A stretch of 64,000 nucleotides of DNA, from NCBI GenBank assembly GCA_001179505.1, contig CDMY01000531.1, positions 124,001-188,000 of the forward strand, in the 5' to 3' direction. The notes below the pieces were generated by a model. It searched no databases. It was not told the origin of the DNA and saw only the letters and a program-made list of their open reading frames with translations. Below, piece by piece: positions 12,359 to 23,956 of the stretch. Positions within the stretch are counted from its first letter, which is position 1; each line of letters begins with the position of its first letter. Source of the DNA: Vitrella brassicaformis CCMP3155 (Eukaryota; Protista; Chromerida). The position numbers and the translations under genes were made by a program.

Positions 12359-13771
12359 TCATTCAAGCAGCAGCCCATCCATGTCGTCATATTTCTGTGT
12401 GTCTCGCATGAATCTCTCCCAAACCACATCCCACAGCGCATCACTCGGGTCATCAGGCATGTTCGCAGGCCCGCTCGACTTGCGTACTCTCGCCCGCAGC
12501 CACCGATACAGCCGCATATCCATATCCTTCGCCTCCCCTTCACTCCGGGCCGCCGCTTCCATGTCTCTCAATCCAATGGCGTCCAGAGAATCCATAAAAG
12601 CCCCAAGCACAGCCAATGGACAGATGTAATCATCTTTTGGGTCCCCTGTGTCCGTCTCGCACTCCCATTTGATCTCCCAAATGTGGTTGAGATGGCGGAA
12701 AGCCATGAAGAGGTGCATCGTTGGGGCGGGGTCGAATTCGGTGGCTTCCACGGGACACACGTGGACGAACAGGTCCATTTCGAAGAGCAGTTTCCTTAGC
12801 TCGGGCACATCCTCCGCTTCCCATGCTTTAGTATCCATGTCGATGTCAGGCTTGCTCTTTTCGCCACTGTAGATGTCCTCTGCTTCCCAAGCCCGGCGGG
12901 CTTTCCCTCTCCGCTGCTTTCTTGTTGCTGGCGGCCTGTGCTTTTTTGCGTCGGCCGCTATCTTTTCGGGGTCGATCCAGCCGGTCAGGGGCGTCGCTTC
13001 GATGACGGCGAACAGGAGACCTGCATCATTCACATGGGATCAAGGATGGAGGGAAACCAACAACCCCGACCTGCAGCAAGAGAGCTTACGTCGACTCTGC
13101 TGTGGGGTCTCAAGATTCCGTTCTTTCATCCTCTGCAGCATTGCTGCATGCCTCCGCCCCACGTCGGTGTTGGCCATACTCCTGCCCGCCTGCCAGGTCC
13201 AGAACATTTCCCGGCCCTTGTGACAAACCCACAGATACCGAGACCAAGGGGAGTAGCTTACAATTTGTGTCGTTTGGGTGGCATACCTTGATGCGCATGG
13301 CGTTCAAGGCAGCTTTCTCCCATATGTCTTTCCTCATATTCGTCTTGGGACACGTGTAGAGGTGCTCCGAGAGGCCGGGGACGTCTCGGTAGAGAGTCGT
13401 TTCGAATCTCACCAGGCCGGGCCGCTTCACTTGCTCTGCTGGAGGCTTGATGTTGAGCCTCTTGTTTATCTTGTCCTGAAGGTGGTACCGGATGTTTTTC
13501 TGCATGCCCAGCCGGCTCCCCAGTTCCGTCCTGTGGATGTTCTCGACGAACTCGATGAAGAGCTGGCTGACTGCACTGGAGACCAACCTGTATCATGTCA
13601 CACAGACACAGCTGATCAGACCAAGGAAACCTTTCTTGTGCGTTCACACCTGTAGGATAACGTCGCCACAGTCAAGGTTGCCGCGATGGAAGGAGAAAAT
13701 GCGACGAGGCTCCTTCCGTCACGCTCATCTTCCTTCGCCGTTTCGACGGCGGGACCATTCCATGACGCCAT
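12359..13771 (-). CDS. Hypothetical protein, about 4 exons
   Basis: Protein-like ORFs 13110-13586 and 12359-13033 join through GT-AG introns (..SYR|LVSSAV.., ..MRIK|GREMFWTW.., ..QSR|..LLFAVIEA). No family recognised with certainty. Confidence 0.6.
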
Positions 13772-13878
13772 GCACCGGCAAGAAACGAACCCCAGCAGCA
13801 GCCAGATGGTGACGGTCATTGCAAAGAGGCACGCTGACGTAGTTTTCATCAGCCCTTCTGCCCTTCTGCCCCCCGAGC

Positions 13879-13894
13879 AGTTTCACGGAATGCC
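13879..13894 (-). promoter_or_regulatory. Candidate cis-element TTCCGTGAAAC, copy 1
   Basis: GGCATTCCGTGAAACT on the minus strand, between the divergent starts at 13771 and 14034. Confidence 0.45.
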
Positions 13895-14033
13895 CCCGGC
13901 AAGCCCGCAAAGAGTTGCTGAACAACAGGGCACACCAGGTATGCACAGAGGCCCGCAAAGACTCCCAGTGAGCCGAAATCATCTTCCTCTGTCATCCTCT
14001 TTGGAATTCAGGCTGCATCTTCGCATCTTCCTC

Positions 14034-14975
14034 ATGTCGGTGGTGTTCTCGGAAGGTGCGTCGCCATCAGTAGTGACGATGGACGCCGATGTGCTCCTCT
14101 CCCTCTCCCAAGACCACCGCCACACGCAGCAGGCGCTCATCGAGGAGCTCACCAGGCAGCGCGATGAGTTGAGGGGTGAGCTCGGTGACTACAAGCGACG
14201 GCTGGAGGCGGCAGAGCAACGCGATCGAGACGCGGAGGCCCACATGAGGCTGCTCGAGGCCCAGCTGGCGAGGGAATCGGCACTCAGGACGGAGGTGCAG
14301 CGGCAGAGGGACGAGTACCTAGCAGAGCGAGATGAGCTGAAGACTGAGCGTGATGCCTATCGGCAGAGGCACGATCAGGCGGAGCAGCATCGTCATCAGG
14401 CGGAGGCACGCAGCCAGGAGCTTGCGACTGAGCTGGCTCGTCAGAAGGAGAATGACGCTGGCCCGCTCGTCCCCAAGACGATCGTGTGGAGTGGCGGACT
14501 GTATTACGGCACCGTGCAGGACGGCAAACCTCACGGCAGTGGCGTGCTGCGGACACTGGACGGGAGCCGCAAGGTATACGAGGGAGACTGGATGGCGGGC
14601 TGCCGTCAAGGAACTGGCACAGCATACTGGTCGAACGGCGGCGCACGCAAAGGCCAGTGGGCAAGTGGGCAGATGGTGGGCGAGGGGAGAGCCGACAAGA
14701 TGCCCTTGGGGGGCGGCACCACATACACTGGCCCACTGCTTGCCGGCAAGCCTCATGGCCACGGCACCAGCTACCATCAGAATGGCAACAAGCTGTATGA
14801 GGGCCAGTGGGAGAATGGACAGCGATACGGCATCCTCTTCGATGGTCAGTGGAACAAGGGTTTCGCTCCCGAGGGGACATTCTACCCTAGCTACTCTCAG
14901 CAACACGACTACGGAGGGCCCCCTGCGTGGGTGCCCAGCAGCATGACGCCAACATACCCTTACCACACCCCCTAG
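14034..14975 (+). CDS. Coiled-coil plus MORN-repeat protein, intronless (subfamily A)
   Basis: Start MSVVFSEG is chosen because the paralogue at 30304 starts the same way. Long E/Q/R heptad region, then MORN units (YYGTVQDGKPHGSG, YEGDW..GCRQGTG, YEGQWENG). Confidence 0.85.
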   Translation: MSVVFSEGASPSVVTMDADVLLSLSQDHRHTQQALIEELTRQRDELRGELGDYKRRLEAAEQRDRDAEAHMRLLEAQLARESALRTEVQRQRDEYLAERDELKTERDAYRQRHDQAEQHRHQAEARSQELATELARQKENDAGPLVPKTIVWSGGLYYGTVQDGKPHGSGVLRTLDGSRKVYEGDWMAGCRQGTGTAYWSNGGARKGQWASGQMVGEGRADKMPLGGGTTYTGPLLAGKPHGHGTSYHQNGNKLYEGQWENGQRYGILFDGQWNKGFAPEGTFYPSYSQQHDYGGPPAWVPSSMTPTYPYHTP

Positions 14976-15370
14976 CGCCAGGGGGGGGTATGACAAGGGG
15001 TGAGGTGCTTTGTTGTAGATTGTGTGGACACAGGCAGATTGTGACTCCCTCTGACACCCATTCGTGCCTTCAATGCCTTTTTCGGACCATGAGTAGGAAA
15101 TGCTCAGTGTCTCTGTATGTTTGTGGAGCTTTATGCAATTACTTACATAAATGAGAATGGATGAAGTTTCTTCGCGGCAAGGCAAGCCATTGCTGCAATG
15201 CACATATGCCTGCCTGCCTTCAGGTCCATCCCATCCACACACATACAAAGCCGTCCATCTAGTGATGGAAAGCAACACGATGTCTATCAACATACATACG
15301 CAACCATTGCAGCAAAGCAAGCGTCATTGCTCCCCACCTCACCGCACCTCACCGCACCTCACTCGCTCAC

Positions 15371-16758
15371 TCACGCGGCCCCAGACTTGACAGAGCCAGG
15401 TGTGGACGGCGTCACGCCCCTCATGGCCACATCCACAGCGCCCTCATCATCCACTGCCATGCCAAACATAAACCTGCTCGCCACATCCGGCGTCCCCTCT
15501 CGCTCGAACGACCGCCGCACCATCTGGTCAGCCGTCAACAAAGTCGACTTGGGAGCCGGCCTCTTCAGCTTCGCTCCCGCGGCAGCCGCAGTGCCCGCCA
15601 GATAGAGCGTCCCGTCGCTCTTGATGGCCAGCCGCTTGGCTATGGCGCTGTAGCTGTTGTGAGACTCTGCAAGCGCCTTTGTGTGTGTCTTCTCGTCAAG
15701 GATGAGCTCGAGATGGGCGAGGGAGGGGGGCAGGGTGGGTGAGGGGGCTTCTTCCGAGTCGGCGGTGATGGTGAGGGTGCGGCCGTCGACCAGGAACTCA
15801 ATCAGGTAGAAGCGGCCATCCAGCTTGCGGCCCTCTTTCAGCACGCGCCTGCAACCAAACAAGCACAGAGACATGCAGACAGACGGCAGAGACATGACGT
15901 CATGAAAGCGCATGCATCCCTAGCGGCCTGTTACCGTGGTCCCGCTTCGCCTGCCTTCTTCTTGGCCCTCTTCTGCGTCGATGCGGCCGAGGGGCCGCCC
16001 ACCATTCCCGCCTTCATCACACTGCTGGGCTCACTCTGTACCCACCGGTGACTCGCCATGCCATCCGTCTGTGCCATCCCACCCTCAACCGTCGTGTGGT
16101 GGGGCTTCAATGGCGGCAGCCTCACCGCCTCCCGTGGCTTGCGGGCGCCGAGCGTCACGGGGAACTCGCATATGTTGTTAAGGTACCTTTCCTGCTCGAC
16201 GGCGGCCTGCACCCACTCCCTGTGGTTGTAGACGGGCCGCACCCTCTCGAGCCGCTTGAGCAGCCGGTGGTTCTCGTGTGTGATGCGGCCGACCTCCTTC
16301 TTGCGATATTCACGGTTGAGGGAGACGGGGCCGGGCACGCTGCGGATGGCACTGAAGGTGGGCTTGCGCATGATCTCCGCCATGCGCCTGCACGCCAGGC
16401 AGAGAAAGACACGACCATGAGAGGCCCCGACAGACAGCCAGTCACCCATTCCCCCACGCACCTGAGTAGGAATTTGTTTTCCCTGTCGATTGCGGCGTAG
16501 TGCTCTTCGAGCATTATCTCCCGCTTGCGGTTGGACAGCAGAAAGGTGGGGCGGGTGGGCTCCTCGTTGTCGATGTACCCCTTCATGCCCTGGGTGCACC
16601 CCATGCATCCCGTTCACACTCGGACATTCCACTGCGTATGTACATCCACACGAGTACATCATCATACGTACCTTGAGTCGTCGTTCGTGCCTCTCCTGGT
16701 CCTCCTCCTTCCATTTCTTGCTGCAGATTTTGCTGGCGCACGGGATGGAACGAAACAT
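15371..16758 (-). CDS. CFAP97/Hemingway (KIAA1430) domain protein, multi-exon
   Basis: HERRLK|GMKGYIDNEEP..NRKREIMLEEHYAAIDRENKFLL|RRMAEIMRK..SLNREYRKKEVGRITHENHRLLKRLERVRPVYNHREW matches the family pattern. A further exon reads RVLKEGRKLDGRFYLIEF. Confidence 0.8.
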
Positions 16759-17346
16759 GATGGCGGGGGAGAGACAGGTAGGCCTCTTCGAGGCCGAATA
16801 CGGAGGGGATAGAGTTACAGGAGGGGCCCGAGAAAAGAGTCTGCCAAATTGCCCGGTGCGGTTGCCTCTGCCTGTCAGCTGCTGAAGGGCACAACTGACG
16901 ACAAGCAATGAGTGTGCTGCTCGGCGATTTCGAGACCTGGGGGGCCTGTGGGGGACGGCGTCTGCATGCATGCATCGAACAAATAATGCATTCACAACGC
17001 ACGAAGAAAGCATCCATTCTTAATTAGAGTCCGACTATCGATCCTACTATGACTGGGCATGTCTACAGATGAGCACTTGCTATGCGAACGCCAGCCGATC
17101 TGTCATGGCTTCGACAGAAGAAGGGCTGTCGTCCGCAGGGCAAATCTCATCTGCAGCTGATCCACACCCAGATCACCCGGCCTGCTCCCAGCCACTGACC
17201 ACCCATCCACCCTTTCACTATCCCAGTAATCTACTAATCATCTGGCCACAACAGGCGGCCATTAAGTCCCACGGAAAAAGGGTGCAGCAGCAGCCAGCAG
17301 CCCGCCTTATCGTGTGTCTGTGCACAGAGGTGCTCTCTGCGTATGC

Positions 17347-18917
17347 TCAGCGTGTCTTGGCTTTGTGCAGGAACGGTGGCAGCCAGAACAAGTAGGAGAT
17401 GACCGAAGCCGCACAGAAGGCCCATCCCCAAGAAGGGCACACATACTGCAGCCAGTGCAGGCAGGCAGGCACGCACACAGCCACAAGAAGGCGCGTTTCC
17501 CACCTGCCGTAATGATCACTGGCTGCTTGCTCAGCTTAGCTTACATGTGGTGACGACATGGCGTCCATCATGGTGACGGCCAGGAACCCCGCCCACACCC
17601 GCCAGAGCCACTGGTGGCGCAAGGGGACAAACGGCATGGCACAGACGCCGAACAGCGCCACCGACAGCGTGCACATCGACCACTCGGACGGCTCTTGCTG
17701 CTCAGGCTGCTTGACAGTGAACCTCAGCAGGGAGTGATGCGGCCACACATGGGTGTTCCTCGCCCACCTATAAGCAAACCACCCAGAACACGACACTATA
17801 AAGGCCGGCACACGTGTACGTAGCCTCGTTGCTGGCTTCTCACCATCGGTAGGTTAGTATCTCGGGCGTGAGGAGTGCATGAAATGTCGGCGCTTTCAGC
17901 AGGGCAAAGGGGAGCTGGCACGCCGAAAGGCAGAGGACGGCCACGTGTCCCAGCACCACAAGAGACTTGACAGTCTGCACACACAAACGGAGAGAATGAA
18001 GACATCCAACACACGCCACGAACCACGCAAGCACCTGCTTCCCCTCTCCCTCACCGTGTTCTGCCACAATTGGGCGAGGTTGTCAGGTGACCGACAGAAG
18101 AGAATCGCCCCCACCAGCAGCCCCCCGGCCGTCTGAGATACCCGCCACAAGTGGTGCGACCCGCGAAACAGCATCGGCAGCCACACGAGGCCCAGCATGA
18201 GGATGATGGTGTGCCACCGCACTTCGATGTTGAAGGGCAGCAGACGGGCGTAGGGGTTGTTGCGCAGCCCTTGCGGATACACACGCTGAACACATACAAA
18301 CACGGGAGAAGGCAATTAACTATGCACATCAGTCCGTGTCTGTCTGTCTGCTCGCTCACCGGGTTGTGCAGACAGATGTATGCCAGCATGGCAAACAGCA
18401 CCGTGTCGAAACCCGTCGAGCAAAGGCCCCCGAAGAGCCACACCTTGGTCATCTGAGTCCCGGCCGCTATCAACACCAGGTGCAGCAACGCCATCCACTC
18501 GCTAGTGCCGGCAATGTCGTACAGCCAGAAACCGACCCAGAAGCACAACAGCGGCGCCACAAACACCCAATAAAACCACGAGTAGTCGGAAAAGTACGCC
18601 AGGGACGCTGCGAACTTCCACCACTTTGTCGCCATGGGCGTGGTCTGGTCAACGCACACGTCGGCATGGTCGATGTGTAAGAGCCACACGACGACCAAGG
18701 ACAGCCAGGGCAAGAGGCCGAGGAGCGTGGCGATGATGGGAAGCCGCCCGCTGCAGATGTGGTAGTGGATGAGGTGGCATGAGCGCCATAAGGTGTCGAA
18801 GGACAGCGGGCCCGGCAGCCCGGATCCGTCATTGATGATGTTCGGCGCCCTCTCGGCCACCATCCACAGGCCCGCTCCAACAGCCACAACCACAGTCAGC
18901 GTCACAAGATCTGCCAT
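17347..18917 (-). CDS. Polytopic rhomboid-like membrane protein, probably catalytically inactive, multi-exon
   Basis: Several hydrophobic segments. CSTGFDTVLFAM aligns by eye with RHBDD1-type CAVGFSGVLFAL, and VSQTAGGLLVG with VSFAGHLAGILVG. Additional hydrophobic 3' exons end FLHKAKTR* (TGA 17347-17349). Confidence 0.6.
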
Positions 18918-19166
18918 CTGCGAGCATCAATCAATAAAGCGCAGTTTCGCTGCGAAAAGCGGTAGATCCCGAACAAAGCAACAGGGAACTCGTCTGTTCC
19001 CCTTTCTCTCCCTTTGAAAAACGCGAGCTTAGCCATTGTGAGCTTGCATGCCTTTCCTGGGCGCGACAAACCGCTCGCTCATTCTGGCGCGAGCAGCAAT
19101 TGCTGAGAAGCGAGGGCTCTCACGAGAGAAGCCTTCCCTTTCGTGCCCGCGTCGTTAGGTTCCTTC

Positions 19167-20049
19167 ATGGCTTTCGCCCCGTGTGACCCCGTTGACCGAG
19201 TCAAGCACAGCCTCAGCAACAGCGTCGCAGGGGTAAGCCACCAGCAAGAGAAACGACTCATGGAATGGCATCAGAATGACTTTTTTCATGCCTGCCTGTC
19301 CTGTCAGGACCATGACTTGGCCTCGTGGAAGCAGCCGGCATGGTGGCTGACGGCCGGCTCGCCAGACACTGTCGGGGACTTCGGACCGAAGGACCGCGGC
19401 ATCAGGCCGCCGCCCTCAACCCCTGTGTGAGCAAAAAATTCCGTTCACACGAGATGAGCTGGATGGTGTCCTTCACTCTCTGCTGCATCGATGTGTGTGT
19501 GGTGTGTGGTGTTGTGACAGGACTGGCGTGCCGCTTAGGCATCGCTATCGGCAGCTGTATCTGTCGGACCAGGAGGACTTCAGGCGGCGCATGATGGAGC
19601 AGCTCGAGCAGGAGCGCATGCGTCACGAGATGACGTTCTCCCCCAGCTCCCCTCTCACCAACACCAGCAGCAGCAACAGCAGCGGCGGCGACGGCGTCAG
19701 CCTCCCCGACTCAGACGCCTACCCGCCCCCCCTCCACTTGGCCCCCTCCCCTTTCTACTTCAGCGCACAGCCCAGCCCGCAGATGTCCTTCATCCCCGCC
19801 ACCAGCTACTCCTACATCCCCCTGCAGTACAAGACCGACCCCCTAAGCTACTCGAGCTCCCGCATGCCCCACACCATGTCGGTCCCAATGACGATGCGTG
19901 CCGGTGCGAGGGACAGTGGGGCCGGTGAGGAGAGAGATAAGGGTGAGGATGAGCCGACGCAGGCCGTGGACCTGCCGGACAGGGGAGGTGGGGAGACCAC
20001 TAGGGAGGAGGGCTCCGAGGCTACCGAGGAGTCGGCGGGGTCTGACTGA
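19167..20049 (+). CDS. Hypothetical protein, 3 exons, divergent from the rhomboid-like gene
   Basis: Phase-consistent GT-AG joins give MAFAPC..VAG|DHDLASWKQPAWW..TPV|TGVPLRHRYRQLYLSDQEDFRRRMMEQLEQERMR, then a Ser/Pro/acidic tail. Confidence 0.45.
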
Positions 20050-20676
20050 CTGACTGACTGACTGACTGGGTGGACGGGGTAGCGAGATAGACGGATGGAT
20101 GGATGGGTAGATAGCGGGAAGCTGCAAGAGGACAGAAGTGACGGACGGAGCTCTGTGTTGATACGGGTGGCTGGGTGGATTGACCCTTGGCCTGCTGTGA
20201 AGGTCTCGAACCAACCCACATTTTCTCCGCCGGAACACTCACTGAGCCATATGCACAGCCCACCACACTGTTCTTCGTTCATCGTGGATGGATTGAGGGA
20301 TGTATGTAAGTGGATGTAATAGCGAGAGTCACACACGCCACTAAACAAGGAGAGGGCCGGAGGGAGGGAGAGGGGAAAGGCAGAGGGGCGGGGGCGAATG
20401 GCGACCTGATGTGTACAGCTCGTCTGTCTGTGAGTGAGAGAGTGGACGGAATGACATGGCCAGACGTCGCCCATGCTTCCGTGTAAGTCAACTTCACATG
20501 GCCTGGCCGGCAGCCAGGCAGCAGATAGGTGCGTGCATGCGCCAAGAGAGGGCACCACACACACACACACACACAATCGACGAGGAATGAAGGAAGGGCG
20601 GTGATTTGCACCCACACACCACCTCTCACCCATCCATGTGTTTGTGGGGATTCCCCCTCCTCAGCTCTCGAGGGCG

Positions 20677-20693
20677 CGGTTTCACGGAATGCC
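20677..20693 (-). promoter_or_regulatory. Candidate cis-element TTCCGTGAAAC, copy 2
   Basis: GGCATTCCGTGAAACCG on the minus strand, about 820 bp upstream of the ankyrin-like gene. Confidence 0.35.
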
Positions 20694-21515
20694 CAACTCG
20701 TCGCGAGCCGAAGGGAAGAAGGGCAATGATGGGCAGGTTGCGGCGGCTGCTTTGCCTTCGAGCCGCTTGAGACCTCTTGAACGAACGCTGAACAGGTGAG
20801 CAGCAGCCGTGGCGCAGCAAGGCATTGAGGCTGACAACCACGAGTGAATGAATGGATCATCGTACACATTCATCATTCTCTTGTTGTCCGTCTGTCTGTG
20901 TGTTTGCATCCATCAGCCAGCGTTGAGCATCAGCGGCAGCCCGTGCGCCGTCGTTGATCGTGCACAGTGACCGTGGGTGAGAGGAGGCATAGCCGGGAGG
21001 AGTGGAGCGATAACACACACATTGCAGGGTACGCCCGCCGGCAGAGAGGGATGATACGACTGTGCACCACTGCACCTCTGCGTGTGTGTGAGCAGACTGA
21101 TCCACATCACCGGCGTGTGACTGCCTACACTCAGCTAGGCTGTGGTGCGGTGTGGTGTGGTGCCCGTGCTGCAGCACAGCTCGTCTACTCGTCCCTCCCA
21201 TAGCGACACCCACACGCACTGGGAGATGGAGACTCTTGGTGTTGGGGCTCTGATAGTGCTTGGTCTTCTTGACGCCATACGCCTCCTCGCGTGTGCCTTC
21301 CGCGGTGTTCGTCGTCATGCCAGCTTCCCCCTTCTCAATGTCGCTGGCGTGATGGTCGCGCATGCAAGACTGATCATCGCCATACTCCTCTGTAAGAAGC
21401 GATACAAGCACAGCAAAGCAATGGCAGAACCCCGAATCCTGTCCTCTCTCCGTGTGTGTGCTTCTCCGTTCCAGATGTGTGCTCAGGGTGGGGTGGTGTT
21501 GGGGTTGAGTCGGTG

Positions 21516-23477
21516 ATGGACATTCTCCTGAGCCCATTCTTCAACACCATTGCCCTCATCCTCGCGCTCATACTCTTGGCTCGGACGCCCGACGACGCCC
21601 TCATACTCTTGGGTCGGACGTCCGACGACGCCAACAGACCATACGCCGCCATCATTGAGGGGGACGGCATCCACCTGCCCGACAATGCGACTCAGCCCAC
21701 CAGAGACCTCGTGATTGGCATTCTGCTCCGCAACATCAGCCTCGACGGCGTACGGCGGCTCATCAGTCTTGGTGCTGATGTCAATGTCCTGATTACGCAG
21801 ACGGTCCGAGCTACCCAAGTGCAAGCAATTGCCCAAGTGTCGATGCGACCCAGAACTCATCGGAAAAGCATCCTCTCTCTCGCCATCGACACCAGGAGCA
21901 GCTGCTCGCCCCTGGGTGTGTTTCGTCTGCGCTGGCCAGGATCAATCACACTGCCTGTGTGGCCGACGCGAGAGCTGCAGGCCGCCATCATGCATGAGCT
22001 CATCTCGGCAGGGGCGCATGTCGACGGACAGCAACTCGAGAACGTCGTACCTATCCGCATCGCCAAGGACTCGCTCAACATGACGGCCGTCGAAGTGCTC
22101 CTCGACCACAACGCCGCAGTCCGTAGCCATCCCAGCAGACCCCTCTCCAATCGCCTCCCCTTCATTCACGGGGAGGCTCTCGCTGGTTTCGAGAACCTGG
22201 AGGAGGCAGAAGACACCCTGTTCAACATCTCTGCCCGACTGCTGCAGCGCGACTCCTCCCTCGCCACCGAGAGAGAGGGACTCGACGGACACACGACAGT
22301 GCATAGCGTCTGCCGCGTGTCTTGCGTCAGTCTGTCGCGGAGCTTCGTCGGCCGATACCTGGACATGTTGGTGCAGCATGGAGCCTCGCTGACCCAGGCT
22401 GATCGAGTTTTTCTACTTTCCGTCGGTGGGAGCGGAGGGCTGTCGCCATTGCACCAGGCGGCCTTGACGGGCAACCATTCGAGTGTGGTGTGTCTACTCG
22501 ACCGCATCCCTTCGACCGAGATCCACCGGACCGCTCTCCAACAGGGCAACCCCATGACGGCCCTTGCGTGGGCGGCACAAGGGGTCGATTTCCTGCGAAT
22601 CGTCCTCCGACCCATCATCCGTGAGAGGATCGATGACGCCAAGCGCTGCATCCGCACTCTCCTGCGTCACGGCGCGTCCGTCGCCGACACCCCACAACAT
22701 CAGCTCGACCGGGCCCGGATACTGCAGGAGTATGCGGTGATGCTCAACGAGCTGCCGCAAGTCGTGGAGCATGCCATCAATGCCGCCCTCGAGCCGCAGC
22801 GCGACATCGCCGCCCGCATCGGCTGCCTGCTGCCCATGGTGCCGCACCACGATGATGGCACGGATCAGCCGGTGGAGGGCGAGACGTGTCGCCTGACCTA
22901 CAAGCACCACGGCGAGCCACCCCACCGCGACCCCCGCGACCTCACATTCGGTCCGTGCGAGGCCACATCCATCGCCTGGAAGATCGGCGCATTTCTCCAC
23001 GACCCGTCGGCTGCCCGTGCCGTCATCGACGAGTACCTCATCGGCGACTCGCGGCTCAAGCGCCGTGTGAGTGCCGCCGTCGACCATTTCGTCAAGCAGG
23101 CGGCCACCAGGACGGCCAGCAACCGGGAGGTGGTGGGCAAGACCGAGAAGGGCGAGGGCGGACGGCCGGAGGGGGCGCTGCTTCGGTGGTGGAATCGTCT
23201 GAGGGGTGTGACGGGGGCTGGACAGGGCGGGCTGACGGTGCGCGTGCCGGCACTGCAGTGCTTCGCCATCCACGGAGGAGGACGGCATCCTCACAGGCGT
23301 CTCGGCGTGCGCGAGGTGGTGCATCGGGCGCGTCTGGACGAGGCAGCCGCATACAGGGTGCGCGGAGTCGTCAAGGGCTTCAACAGCCACTTGGGCGACA
23401 CCGACTGCCGGTTTCGGTGGGGGCAGCTGGGCTACATCGACCAGCCGGGCTGCTTCGTGTCGCTGGGCATCAACTAA
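21516..23477 (+). CDS. Intronless ankyrin-repeat-like protein of a lineage-expanded type
   Basis: About 650-aa open frame with ankyrin-like motifs (RRLISLGADVN, ELISAGAHVDG, LVQHGASLTQ, SPLHQAALTGNHSSVVCLL, TLLRHGASV) and a hydrophobic N-terminus. Confidence 0.8.
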   Translation: MDILLSPFFNTIALILALILLARTPDDALILLGRTSDDANRPYAAIIEGDGIHLPDNATQPTRDLVIGILLRNISLDGVRRLISLGADVNVLITQTVRATQVQAIAQVSMRPRTHRKSILSLAIDTRSSCSPLGVFRLRWPGSITLPVWPTRELQAAIMHELISAGAHVDGQQLENVVPIRIAKDSLNMTAVEVLLDHNAAVRSHPSRPLSNRLPFIHGEALAGFENLEEAEDTLFNISARLLQRDSSLATEREGLDGHTTVHSVCRVSCVSLSRSFVGRYLDMLVQHGASLTQADRVFLLSVGGSGGLSPLHQAALTGNHSSVVCLLDRIPSTEIHRTALQQGNPMTALAWAAQGVDFLRIVLRPIIRERIDDAKRCIRTLLRHGASVADTPQHQLDRARILQEYAVMLNELPQVVEHAINAALEPQRDIAARIGCLLPMVPHHDDGTDQPVEGETCRLTYKHHGEPPHRDPRDLTFGPCEATSIAWKIGAFLHDPSAARAVIDEYLIGDSRLKRRVSAAVDHFVKQAATRTASNREVVGKTEKGEGGRPEGALLRWWNRLRGVTGAGQGGLTVRVPALQCFAIHGGGRHPHRRLGVREVVHRARLDEAAAYRVRGVVKGFNSHLGDTDCRFRWGQLGYIDQPGCFVSLGIN

Positions 23478-23487
23478 GAAGGAATAG

Positions 23488-23536
23488 AGGGAGGGAGAGA
23501 GGGAGAGAGGGAGAGAGGGAGAGAGGGAGAGAGGGA
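23488..23536. repeat. GA-rich tandem repeat (GGGAGAGA)n
   Basis: About five consecutive GGGAGAGA units immediately after the ankyrin-like gene stop. Confidence 0.9.
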
Positions 23537-23874
23537 GGGGGGGGGCTGGAGGAGTCGCTTCATGTCTGTCCGTCGGTCTGCCTGTCTGTCTGTCTGAAGG
23601 TGAGAGCCCGGTGTGCTTTGCCAGCTTGGCACACAAGCAACACGGCACCGCTCTCTGCCTGTCTGTCCCGCTGTGCGTGTTGGCTGGCGGGTGTTGGTAG
23701 TACATGGTGTGGTCTGGTGTGTGCCTGCCTGACGACTGACTGTGAATAGACGCCCATCTGTCTGTCCGTGGTGATCTGTTTGGCCGTGGTTTTTCTTCTT
23801 TGGCCTGTGCATTCATACGGTCTCTGCGTGCGCTAAGTGCCGTGTTATGGGGCGTTGTTGGATGGCGTCTTCCC

Positions 23875-23956
23875 GTTTCACTCAGCATAGGTTGAGGCCT
23901 TCTCCTGCTGGCGAGCCGATCAGCTCGAGGATGCCTCAACCGATGCCGAGTGAGAC
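23875..23956. other. Ungapped imperfect inverted repeat (hairpin)
   Basis: Base-by-base pairing of 23875-23911 with 23920-23956 gives 29 Watson-Crick pairs, 3 G-U pairs and 5 mismatches, with no bulges. Confidence 0.75.

Noticed and set aside
13686-14033. N-terminal extension of the first MORN ORF
   Set aside because: Paralogue homology begins at MSVV (14034), and the extension overlaps the divergent gene and its upstream region.
20857-21537. Minus-strand ORF containing DIEKGE
   Set aside because: It runs through microsatellite sequence, overlaps the start of the ankyrin-like gene and has no downstream domain.
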